Below are positions 53,075 to 64,000 of a stretch of DNA of 64,000 nucleotides, one piece after another. Within the stretch, counting starts at the first letter, position 1, and each line of letters starts with the position of its first letter. The stretch comes from Narcine bancroftii (Eukaryota): assembly GCF_036971445.1 (NCBI RefSeq), contig NC_091475.1, forward strand, positions 33,232,001-33,296,000, read 5' to 3'. The position numbers and the translations under genes are program-made. The notes under the pieces were generated by a model. The model was given only the letters and a program-made list of their open reading frames with translations. It had not been told where the DNA came from and made no database searches.

Positions 53075-53853
53075 CAGTGGCGGATTAACCATTAGGCTGA
53101 GTAGGCCGAAACCTAGGGGCCTGGAAGGTAAAGGGACCCATTTAAACCACTGATACACCACTTGTCAATGTGGCCTCACGTTAGTCTTGGGTCCACTCGA
53201 TCAATCAAGGCTCCAAAATGCCAAACCAACCTGGGGCACTAGACTTTTGAAAAGTGACGGGGCAAACATCACAGAACACCAAACAGCGCAGCGGCCAGTT
53301 TCATGGCTACCAGAAATACCCAGAAACCCCATGACAAGAATGGACCTTATCTCTGCTGAAGGAGCCAAGGGCACAGTCACAACATGAAAGTGACTTAAGG
53401 AGCATGCACGGTGTTTTCCAACAGCCCGAATGGGAGCAATGGGAGCGGAGCTGCAAGGCAGGGAGTCTGCACTGGTCTCATCAACGTGGAGGTGGGGATC
53501 TTCATCCCAAAGAACAACCGCCAGCTGGGAGAGAGGAATGGGGTGATCTCCGAGGAATTGCACGGTCGACTGCATGATCCTGTGATCTGCCCTTCGCACA
53601 TGCAAAGTTTTGTGCCAAAGGCTTGGCCTGTGGGTTGGTGGGGGGACACAATCACTCATTTTGGGGGAGCTTGGCCCGCGAATCCCCCCACCCATTACAC
53701 TGGCCATGAACCTGTGTATTCCCTGCACCTACCCAGTGGATAAATTTAGAATATGTGAGGGCATCATGCACAATGAAACAAGGGAGCAAAGTTGGTGTGG
53801 TGGGGCCTTACTAAAGCTCATCCTTATCTCAGGTGATAGTTAATCTACCACTG
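53075..53853. mobile_element. Non-autonomous hAT-like element
   Basis: TIR CAGTGGCGGATTAAC...GTTAATCTACCACTG with degenerate TSD catttata/catcttta; it splits a Penelope-type tail. Confidence 0.7.
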
Positions 53854-54048
53854 CATCTTTAGGAAGAAAAGGGTAACTTTATTCCTGTTTAACTCTAAAG
53901 AATGTTTGTTGTTTTAATGCACCAACAATGCACAATTCATGTTGATGAGATGGCACTGATGGAAAATGAAACAAATATTGCCAAATAGGTCTGTCATTAG
54001 TTTTGGCAGGCACATCATGTGGTTAATGGATATGTTAAAACAAAGGAT

Positions 54049-54262
54049 TGTAGCAGCGGCTGCACTGCTAACTGAAGGATCGCACAACCAGACGGGTTGA
54101 GTTCAGTGAGCAAAACTGATTTATTGCAGGCTGCCTGGCTGGTCTTATACTCCCAGCCCGGACCTGGCTGAGAACCGCACTGGGGGGGCCCCAAAGTCAC
54201 CGGGACGTCACGTGGGTCGCCAAGTGCGGGCTGGTTCACCTACCTAATGGCGTATCTCCACA
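54049..54262 (-). mobile_element. Solo LTR (Gypsy-like)
   Basis: TGT...ACA termini, 4-bp TSD ggat, and minus-strand TATAA and AATAAA. Confidence 0.75.
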
Positions 54263-54901
54263 GGATGTTTCTTAAATTAGTCTATTTGAATCACTTCCTA
54301 AATATAAAACAAGACTAAATTGTTGTTTTTGTGAGTGAATTAAAGCAACGCACTATCTACTCCACAGAGACAAAATGTTCCAGAAAATCCAGACAAATGA
54401 AATTACATACTACTTATGAGTGTTTGGTGAGTCAGTAACTTAAAACTACTCACTACAGTTGTTCCAAGCAATAACACATTATTGTATCAAAGAGAATTTA
54501 TGTCAAATATTCAAGATTCTAGATTAAAGATTCAATTTATTGCCATGTAATAAAGACAGTGCAATTTTTCACAAAATTTGTTTCTGTCTGCCATTGGCAA
54601 AAATTGCCTGAAGTGCTTCTTATAGTCAGAGAAAGAAAAGCAAAAGAGAGTCCCCTTAGAGACACATGGATTCGCCTCCTGCACTCCTGCAACCTCTGCA
54701 GTCACATCGAGTCTATTCCAAACCATCAGCAGCCCGAACCCCTTATCAGAACCTCCAGCATGATCACGAATCCTTCAGGACTCTTAACACCCTCACGCAT
54801 CCCAGTTCCGACACCAGGTACCCCTTCAGCCAGCTTTGAGCCAGTCCTGGCAGTCTGCAGCCTGCTGTGAATCCCTCGACTACAGTCACCAGCAGCCCAC
54901 A

Positions 54902-55515
54902 CACTAGTGGATTAACTATCCTAGGCTGAGATTTAGTAAGGCCCCCCCAACCTTGTCCCACCCAAGGGTCCAGGCTACCCTGCTGCCCCTCGCTCTCTGC
55001 CACAGCCCAGGCTGCCCCTGCCAACCCTCACTCCCCAGCGAGGGCCTGGCCACCCAGATGCCACTTGCTATGGCCTCACATTTAGCAATACCAGCCACCA
55101 GTCAGACACCGCTGGCTGTGCACCCCTCCCATGGCTCACTTATTACCACAGGTGACAGGCTGGACAGGCTGAGTCCCCTCCTCACACATGCCGCAAATCT
55201 TCATGCTACCGCAGCCAGCTCCCAGAAACCACTGCATGCGTCACCCCGGCAATGACGCGACACTGACCCTGGCCCACAGTCACCGGTTTCACCCACACAA
55301 GAAGTGTGAAATGATAAACCAAGACAAGGCTACCCTTTACTTCATAGAGTGTGACCTGCTCCAGCACATTTGTGTATTGCCCTACAATCTGCAGTCATGG
55401 ACATGGTAAACATAATAAATGCAAAAGCACAGAAATATCTCAGGTGGCTTGTCCTCCCTTACCCTCCAGACCCCTAGGCTTCAGCCAACTCAGCCTAATG
55501 GTTAATCCACCACTG
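54902..55515. mobile_element. Non-autonomous hAT-like element with the same termini as 53075-53853, in opposite orientation
   Basis: Perfect 8-bp TSD agcccaca; the end reads GCCTAATGGTTAATCCACCACTG. Confidence 0.78.
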
Positions 55516-56001
55516 AGCCCACAGCCTGCATGGATTCCTTGCCTCGAGTTGACTACAGCCCACAACCTGTGTGTTCTTCAGCTGCAGAACCTCTCACTGG
55601 TCCTCTGCTGTGGTCACCATCCCATGGGCCATCTCCTCTGCTGCTCCTCAAATGGGAGGATGGTCTCCCCATTTTCTGGTGCCCTGCACCAGTCCTCTGC
55701 TTCCCCAGAATCTGCAACCCCTGGTGCCTGCTGCCAATCATAGGCACCGCCATCTTGGATCAGACCCTACAGTTGCAGGATTTTCAAATAAAACCACCAC
55801 CAGCTCCATTAACAGCCCATTTAAAGCTTGAACAGAGATGGCGGCATCGGACTGGGTGGACAGACCCCGCAAGAATGCTGTGAGCTCACTCCCTGCTCTG
55901 TGCAGATCCGTAGCAGCTGACAAGAAACGAAAAAAATCCTAAAAATGTTAGCTTTTTAGGTGACATTCTTAGCAATATATTGATTTACTTATATAGGAAT
56001 A

Positions 56002-56074
56002 GCCCATTGAGCTCATTTGATAGAGCATGGGACTTTTAATGCGAGGGTCATGGGTTTAAGCCCCACTCTGGCCG
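56002..56074 (+). pseudogene. tRNA-Lys pseudogene (CTT-type body, anticodon now TTT)
   Basis: GCCCATTGAGCTCATTTGATAGAGCATGGGACTTTTAATGCGAGGGTCATGGGTTTAAGCCCCACTCTGGCCG; stem mismatches and CpG decay. Confidence 0.75.
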
Positions 56075-57081
56075 TTAGTTTTAGGGGTGGCATGGATAGC
56101 GTAATGGTTTAACGCAATGCTGTTGCAGCACCAGCAATCAGGACTTGGGTTTGAATCCCACGTAAGGAGTTTGTCCATTCTCCCCATGTCTGCATGGGTT
56201 TTCCCTGGGGGCTCCAGTTTCCTCCCACTGTTCAAAATGCACCACGGATTGTGATATAATTGGGCAGCAAGAGCTCATGGGCTGAAGGGCTGTTACTGTG
56301 CTGTATGTCTATATTCTTTTTTTAATTTAAAATGTATTTCTTATTCAGGATCATAACAGTACTTGCAAGACAGATAGTTTTGCTCATCTCTTAATTGTCC
56401 TTGAGAGGGTGGGTGGTTGTGAACTGCCTTCTTGAGTTGCTCCAAACCTCCCAGTGAAGGTACCCATAAAATGTGGAGCACCAGAATTTGGAGTTAGCAA
56501 TGATGAAAGAATGACAAAATACTTCTACCTCAAGATGTTATGTGACCTGAAAGAAAACATGCAAGGAGTGGAATTCCCTTTACCTAAAGCCTTTGTTCCT
56601 GATGGGATAAAGATCATATATAAGAAGCTACTTACGCAAGTAAATGTATTTTATAGGAAATACATGTTGGAACACTGTACACTGGTGATGGAGAGAATAA
56701 CTTAAAGATAAATAAATATATGTATGAATAAATTATAGAGTTTATTGTCATGGACATAAGTCCTATGTTCAGATGAAGTCTTACTTGTTGCAGCTTTCCA
56801 ATTGTAAACACACTAACAATAATTTATTTCCAATTAAAGGCCATGAGTAGAACAGACAATAAATATTAAAGGAAAAGAAATGTTGGGGTCACAGTCTCCA
56901 GGAAATTACATTAAAAAAAAATTTCATAATAAACTTTATTTACAATTATAAATATATATACAGTGCAAAATCTTTCCATATTCATAGTATCATATTCATT
57001 TGCATATTCAGTTATTGTACCATAACCATTTATAGGACCATTTTCATTAATTTGTGCATGACAACAAGAAAAAAACTCAGG

Positions 57082-59837
57082 TGACTTCCAAAGTGGAGGC
57101 ACTGTGGAGGGGTGGGGGGGTGTGTGGCATATCTGAGCCAAGTGCATTAGTACTGGGAGAACCTCGCACCTGATCACTAGGTACTTCCCTGCAATTGAGA
57201 GGAAGCACCACTCAGGTAGTCCCAATTTCTGGCAGACCTTTGGCATCTGCTCAACCCAAATTTTCTGCAGGGCTCCGAGCCAGATCCCCAGCACATTCAA
57301 GTAGTCAGACCTGACTGTGAAGGGGATAGTGGACAGGTTAAATCTGAAAGCATTGCCTCCCTCTTCTTCTGGTTAATGCTGGTTGTGCCAGATTATGTTA
57401 TATTTTATATTTTAGATATGTTTTATAGGAGATAAATTGTGGCAGGTTTTTTTAGTGTAGGCCAGGACTTGAAGTTTGCAGATCAATTTTGAGGGGATGA
57501 TAGTTTTGAATGCCGAACTGTAGTCGATAAAGAGCATCCTGATTTATGCATTTTTGCTGTCTAGGTGTTCCAGGGCTTTGTGTTTAGCCAGTGAGATGGC
57601 CTTTGTCATAGACCTATTCTGCAGTAATCAAATGAGAATGGATCCATATTGCCATTCAGACAGGAGCTAGTATACTTCATCACCAGCCTCGCAAAACACT
57701 GCATCATCACTCTAGATGTGAGTGCCACTAGTTGGTAGGCAGTCTTCTTGGACACCACCGATACAATCGAAGCCTCTTGAAAACAGGTGGAATAAGATGT
57801 TGAAGATATCCATGAAAGCATTTGCCAGTTGGTCAACACAGGTTTTCAGTACTCAGCTGGGTATTCCTTCTGGACTCTTTAATGCCACATTCAGTCAAAT
57901 GCCTAATTTATGCAGTTAGCTCATATTCCTTCTATTCCCCTCCCACTCCCATTACCCCCTCCCCCCACAACTTCACTGCTCACCATGAACACACTTTTGT
58001 ACTTTTCCTACATTGAACCCCTGAGATATATTAAGATAAGCATTCAGTTCACATAAGGACAAACACACTGTGCCAATACATCTGATATCCACTAGCCAAG
58101 ATCCTGACACCATTCACATTTTAAGGATCCAAGCATAAAGGATGGAAGGAGCAAACCATGGATATTCAGAGATAGATTTTTGTTCTTAAGCAGTTGAGGA
58201 AGACTTGTTTCTGCTCCATATCTGTGGGTTCTGAGGTGGTTGATGGTAACATCTGACTCTGCCACAGGTTGTATGACAGAGTAGATAAATGGTATGGGTG
58301 CAGATCTATTTTCATTTATGTTGGGCTGGCCTACGACTGCATAGAATAGCCAAGAGGTTTTCAAGGCCATCCTGGTGTTTATTTTCCATTTTGAGTGCAC
58401 CATGAGTGGGAAGATGAGGGCTTGTCTGGAACTGAATGAGTGTGATCTAAGCCCAATGGCATTTGCCATTACCAGCTGGGGTACTTTGTGAAGAAAGGGA
58501 TTACAGGATGGGTTGGGGAGCTTGGCAACTTGTTCTGCAAGTTCCGTTAAAGTGCACCTTCAAACACTACTCTGATCTTAAATCAGAGACCCTTTATTCA
58601 CTGCAGCTATTCATGTTACTTTCATGTTTAAGTTGCCAACATCCTGGTTTCCAAAGGTTGTGCCTTCCTACATCCTCACTGTGTTTACCATGAATTTTTT
58701 CACAGTATCAGAATCCTTGGATCTGCTTGTCACTCACTTCTCCTAAAGTCCACACTCTCCCTGTCTTGCCTCTGCCCTGGCAATATCCAGCCTCAGAAGA
58801 TAATCTGGATAATGTTTTACATTTCTCACTAGTTATACCCAAGTCTCTAAGAGAGATTGACAGGGTTTATTTAGGGGCAGTTTAAGGCTACAGAATTGTA
58901 ACCATAAGCGATCAAGATGAGGGTTTTCATGGGAATAATCTATCATCCAAAAATGTTGCCCTGGGCTGTCAGTAATTTTATCATACACTGAATAGGCTGG
59001 GTTTGTAGTGTAAGCCACATGAGGCAGAGTGTTCTTTGTCATAAGAACACAAGAAACAGGAGCAGGAGTCATCCATCTGGCCCATCACATCTGCTCCGCC
59101 ATTCAAAAGAAAATTTTAAAAAAACAAGTGCAAAAGAAAGAGTCCTTAAATGAGTCTCTGATTGAGTTTGTTGTGGGGGAGTCTGATGGTGGAGGGGCAG
59201 CAGCTGTTCCTGAACCTGGTGGTGTGAGTCTTGTGGCACCTACACCTCTTTCCTGATGGCAGCAGCGAGAACAGAGCGTGTGCTGGGTGATGTGGATCCT
59301 TGAGGATTGCCGCTGTTTTCTGTAGAAGTTCTCAATGGTGGAAAGCCCTGGAACACCTAGACAGCAAAAATGCATAAATCAGGATGCTCTTTATCGACTA
59401 CAGTTCGGCATTCAAAACTATCATCCCCTCAAAATTGATCTGCAAACTTCAAGTCCTGCCCTACACTAAAAAAACCTGCCACAATTTATCTCCTATAAAA
59501 CATATCTAAAATATAAAATATAACATAATCTGGCACAAACAGCATTAACCAGAAGAAGAGGGAGGCAATGCTTTCAGATTTAACCAGTCCACTATCTCCT
59601 TCACAGTCAGGTCTGACTACTTGAATGTGCTGGGGATCTGGCTCGGAGGGGATGAGCCCTGCAGAAAATTTGGGTTGAATGGATGCCAAAGGTCTGCCAG
59701 AAATTGGGACTACCTGAGTGGTGCTCCCTCTCAATTACAGGGAAGTACCTAGTGATCAGGTGCAAGGTTCTCCCAGTACTGATGCACTTGGCTCATATAT
59801 GCCACACACCCCCACAGTGCCTCCACCTTGGAAGTCA
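57082..59837. repeat. Inverted repeat pair of ~500 bp (57082-57579 and 59342-59837)
   Basis: Near-identical reverse-complement match with few substitutions and short indels. Confidence 0.92.
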
Positions 59838-60140
59838 TTTGCCTGTGATGTCTTGAGCTGTGTTCACTACCTTTCGGAGGGCTTGACGCTAGCCTCAGGA
59901 AGATTGGTGTCCCCACAGACCGTGATGTATCTGGTCAGCACACCTTCCAACACACAACTGTCAAAATTTGCCAGGGTTTTTAATGTCATACCAAACCTCC
60001 ACAAAATCTTGCCAAAATAGTGACTTCCACCCTCTCCACCTCTGAGCCCTCAACGATCACTAGATGCAACTCTGATTTTCCCTTCTTGAAGTCTTGTACA
60101 TGAAATTCTTTAACTTTCTAGATGAAAGCACCCCTCACAG

Positions 60141-60267
60141 AAACCTACAACACCTCGTTGCTTTTATCCTAGTTGGTCTCCCCTCCAAGTACTAACCAGG
60201 CCTGAGCCTATTTAGCTTCTGAGATCCAACAATCTTAGGTATATTCAGGCTATATAGTAAGGTAGTT
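60141..60267 (-). pseudogene. 5S rRNA pseudogene (or 5S-derived SINE head)
   Basis: The plus strand reads ggtctcccctccaagtactaaccaggcc...tagcttctgagatc, the reverse complement of vertebrate 5S including the A/IE/C boxes; ~127 nt and degenerate. Confidence 0.85.
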
Positions 60268-60277
60268 CTAGACACAT

Positions 60278-60556
60278 TGTAGCAGCTACTATGGTAGATG
60301 CACACAAAGGTAGTCAATTCAAGACTGGTTTATTGCAGACATACACAGACCTTTTATTCCCTGCCTGTTAATGAGCTCATTAGTGAACAGCTGCTGGTCC
60401 ACAGGATCAGCAGGTTAAAGCTATGAGCCATTAGCACCCTGTCCCTTTAGGCAGGGGCTTCATCTGATCCATTCACTGTACTTTGGCACCCAGCACTGCT
60501 AGCCTGCGATGTGTCAGGTAAGTCTGAACTGACGGTGGCGGTGTGCACCCACTACA
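60278..60556 (-). mobile_element. Solo LTR related to 54049-54262
   Basis: TGTAG...CTACA termini, the shared motif actg(g/a)tttattgcag, and TSD acat/tcat. Confidence 0.6.
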
Positions 60557-60999
60557 TCATGAATACACAGAACCTAGAGGGATGCGGATCATGAATAAGC
60601 TGCAGAGTTTTAATTTAATATGGGATTTATGTTTGATGCCGTCATTGTGGGCTGAAGTACTGTCTTATGTTCTATGTTCAGACACATTCATTCATCGATA
60701 GATATATTTCAGTGTATTGAGTGCTGAAGACTAGGTTTATATGAGCAATTGGTTTCTATGCTGAAGATTCATCAAATGGAGTGATTACTTTAAAGCCTTC
60801 AGAAATGCAGTGGCACACTGTATATATCCAAAGAGCTAGTGATTTATTTACTTGGTAGATGCATTAAGGTGGCAGAATGTGACAATGGAAAACTGTTGCA
60901 ATGAAGCTACACAAACATGCCTCTCCTGTACATTCAGCATCACATATGCGGAACGGGAACAAATAGTATGTTGAAGCTTAACTGCAGGTGCTAGAATTT

Positions 61000-62670
61000 T
61001 TTTTAAACTTTATTTAATATTTTCAAAACAGAAACTTTTACAAAGTCTGTAATATAAAAATGAAAATTACAATTACCCCCCCCCCCCCACCCACCCTCAG
61101 CAAACTCCACAAGGGAAGCATTAAGAAAATAAAAGAAACACATACAACAATTTAAGATATTACTAAATTCATACATTTCAAATAAGGCAACCACATCTTA
61201 ACAAAAAAGTCGTAATTATGATGCGTTTATGTTATTTTCTCCATATAAATACAGAACCGCAACTCATTATGCCAACGATTTACATATATCTCAACCTTGT
61301 CTTTCCATGAAATCGCAACACATTTACATGCTAAAGCCAATGCTAAACGCAGAAATGCTGTCTGAAACTTATCCAACCCCAAATCCATAAATGGGGTAGT
61401 ACAACCCAACAAACATTTTTTGGGATCTAACAAAAATTAAATCTTAAACAAATTTTGAAGAAATTCCCTAATTTTATGCCAAAATGATTGAACCTTATCA
61501 CAAAATCAAAATTAATGTAAAAATGTTCCTACACATAATCCACATATAAAACACAACTCTGAATTACTAAATCCATATTTTTTCAATTTCTCAGGGGTTA
61601 GATATAACTGGTGCAAAAAATTATTATTAATCATACTATATCTTACATTAAGCAATTTAGTCACACCGTCAAAACACATAGTCTCCCAATCGGCCTGATT
61701 AATATCACAAATTAAATCATTTTCCCATTTAATCCTAGATTTATCTAAATTTATTTTATCCATAGTGTCTTGCAACAATGCATACATCTCAGAAATAAAC
61801 CCTTCATTTAATAAATGAGAAATCATAAACTCAAATTTTGTTAACTTGGGAATTTTCATTTCTCTTCCAAAATTATCTTTCACTAACATTCTAATTTGAT
61901 AATACACAAACAAAGAATTCACTGGAATTCCAAATTTCACTCCAAGTTGATTAAATGATAAAAATTTACCCTCTTCAAAACAATCCTGCAACGACTTTAT
62001 TCCATTAATCTGCCATTCCTTTAAAAATCTATTATTCAATGAAAAAGGAATCAATTTATTTTGATATATTGGAGCTTGAGCCGATATTTTACCTTTCATA
62101 CCTATCAATAAATTCCTTTTAGTCCAAATCTCTAACAAATGTTTTAAAATTGGTACATTATATCTCTGTAATGAAAAAGAATTCCACTTAAATACAAATT
62201 GATGTGAATAAGGTTCAGAAATACCAGCCAATCCTACTAAGGTAGGCTCTATCCCCTAACTCATAATAACGTTGCTTAGATCTTTGAATCAAACATTCAA
62301 ATTGATATGTTTGTAATGTATTAAATCATAACTTCAATTTAGTTAAAACTGCCTTATTATCCTCTGTATAATTCCTCTGAAATTCTTTTTCCAAATCAGC
62401 TATCTTTTTTCAATAACTGACTCTCCGCCAAAAATTTCTTTTTTCTTTTGACCACATAAAAACGCCTTCAAACCATAAAGTAAAATTACTCTGAACTGTA
62501 TTCCTATTCAAATCCAGAAAAGAAGCAATTTGATCCTTAATGAATTTTACAAATTCCGGTTTTTTTCAATAACATTGGACTAAACCTCCACTGAAGAGTT
62601 GATTGAGTAACTTTCAGCCCAACAGAAAAAATAAACAACAATGAATGGTCAGAAATTATTCTACTCTTCT
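61000..62670 (-). mobile_element. Truncated, internally deleted L1 related to the 29.7-35.0 kb element
   Basis: ORF2 C-terminal NFLHQLYLTPEK, CFICGLCVGTFLH and WHNEL..MEKIT; endonuclease-linker remnants at 62280-62670. Confidence 0.88.
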
Positions 62671-63659
62671 ATTTATTTATTTGGAAATTTTTATTTAAGA
62701 AGAGCTTCTAAATTCACAATAAAAATATCACTACAATGTATATAATGCAATATGTGGAGAACAGGATATATGCTATATTCAGTTTTCTATTTTAGATATA
62801 AATGAATTTTCAACAGAACTAATTTCACATGGTAATAATAAGCAAATAAAAATATTGTTCCGTTTGTGGATAACATTAGCTGTTTAAAAGTAATTCACTA
62901 ATGCTAACATTATGTCAAAGGAATTTTATTTGAACTGTGTAAACATATAATTGCAATGTGCTACTGTGTATTATTTCATTCAAACTCTCTGGCAATCCTA
63001 TAAAGGAACTCCATCAACACATATGTAGAATCAGCAACTTCTGTGCTTAGTTTCAGTTCTTGCAAATCTTGTTTTGAAGTCAAAGTGCTTGCAATGAATT
63101 TATCAGAAACACAAAAGTTGCAGGTGCTGGAATCTTAAGCAGATGAAGAATTGCTGAAGGAACTCAGCAGATTAGACAGTATCCATGGGTAGAAATGGTC
63201 AGTCAACATTTTGGGTCTGACCCCTTTATCAAGACTCAAATAGAATAGATAAAATTAAAGAAATAAAGGGGGAAAGAAACTGGGAGAGGGACCCAGAGGT
63301 GATAGAGTATTGGATAAAAGGTGCGGTAGGTGAAGAGACAAATAGAGGGAGAAACCATCAAGAAGATTGGGGGGGGGGGGGTGGTTGGGGGATATTCTTT
63401 GTCTGCTTGAATTTTCTAATTTTCTTCATTTAAAGAGCTTTTGTCGAATAAGGTGCCTTAACCTCCAAATAAGGTCCAATCTAAGAAAAGAAAAGTCATA
63501 TTTTAAATTAATACAAGTGACTAAAATGCAAAAGATACTGTCATTTTATTAAGCAATGTAACATTTGGAAGAATATGTCTGTGTTTATGTTTCGGCCAGA
63601 ACCCTAAAATCCACCATGTGTTGATAACTTCACTAGCTTAACTAGGAGTGAGCCTTTGA

Positions 63660-64000
63660 AGCTATAAGAAGCAGGAACAGAAGTGGGCTATCTGCCATTC
63701 AGTAAAGACAGAGCTGATCTAACATTCCTAGTGTCCACTTACCTGCACAAGACCCAAAGCCCTCAGATCCTTTACTGAGTTTTAAATATATTCCAGAATT
63801 CAACCACCATTACTTTCTGACTCACAACACTTTGGGAGAAAAAAAAATCTTTCCTCATATCAGATTGAGGTTAAATGAGACCATGTCCTCTGTCCTTGAT
63901 ATCCAACAAAGAGAAAAATCCCCATAATAGTTATCATATCCAGCCCTCTAAGAATTATGTTTCATGCAGATCATCCTTCATTCTTTTAAACTCCATTTAG
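63660..64000 (-). mobile_element. CR1 LINE, 3' end
   Basis: Resembles the CR1 tails at ~17000-17340 and ~1240-1560. Confidence 0.6.

Noticed and set aside
52050-64000. PROS1 or other neighbouring gene exons expected from mammalian synteny
   Set aside because: No signal-peptide, Gla or other recognisable coding exon was found by eye.

Overview
Repeat-rich vertebrate genomic DNA, most likely from a cartilaginous fish (inferred from V-SINE/HE1-like SINEs and the Penelope, CR1, Rex1 and RTE content). The main locus is ARL13B on the minus strand. Eight coding exons are clear (40293-40351, 29302-29372, 25239-25488, 9384-9489, 8740-8942, 6546-6663, 5807-6023, 5350-5451), with a candidate terminal exon at 4964-5037 and a probable non-coding first exon in a CpG island near 49.75-49.85 kb. 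STX19 (15960-16844, +) is nested antisense in the intron between coding exons 3 and 4. The putative ARL13B promoter carries a 5 x 77-bp minisatellite with one perfect CRE (TGACGTCA) per unit. The rest is mostly transposon debris: a class III-like ERV with a tRNA-Ser PBS, a 5'-complete L1 with TSD, BEL/Pao fragments, RTE copies (one with a twin-priming inversion), CR1, Rex1 and Penelope fragments, hAT MITEs and solo LTRs. There are also two tRNA pseudogenes, a 5S pseudogene, a ~500-bp inverted templated insertion and a 176-N gap. All calls are from manual reading; no database search was run, and comparisons to human sequences are from memory.
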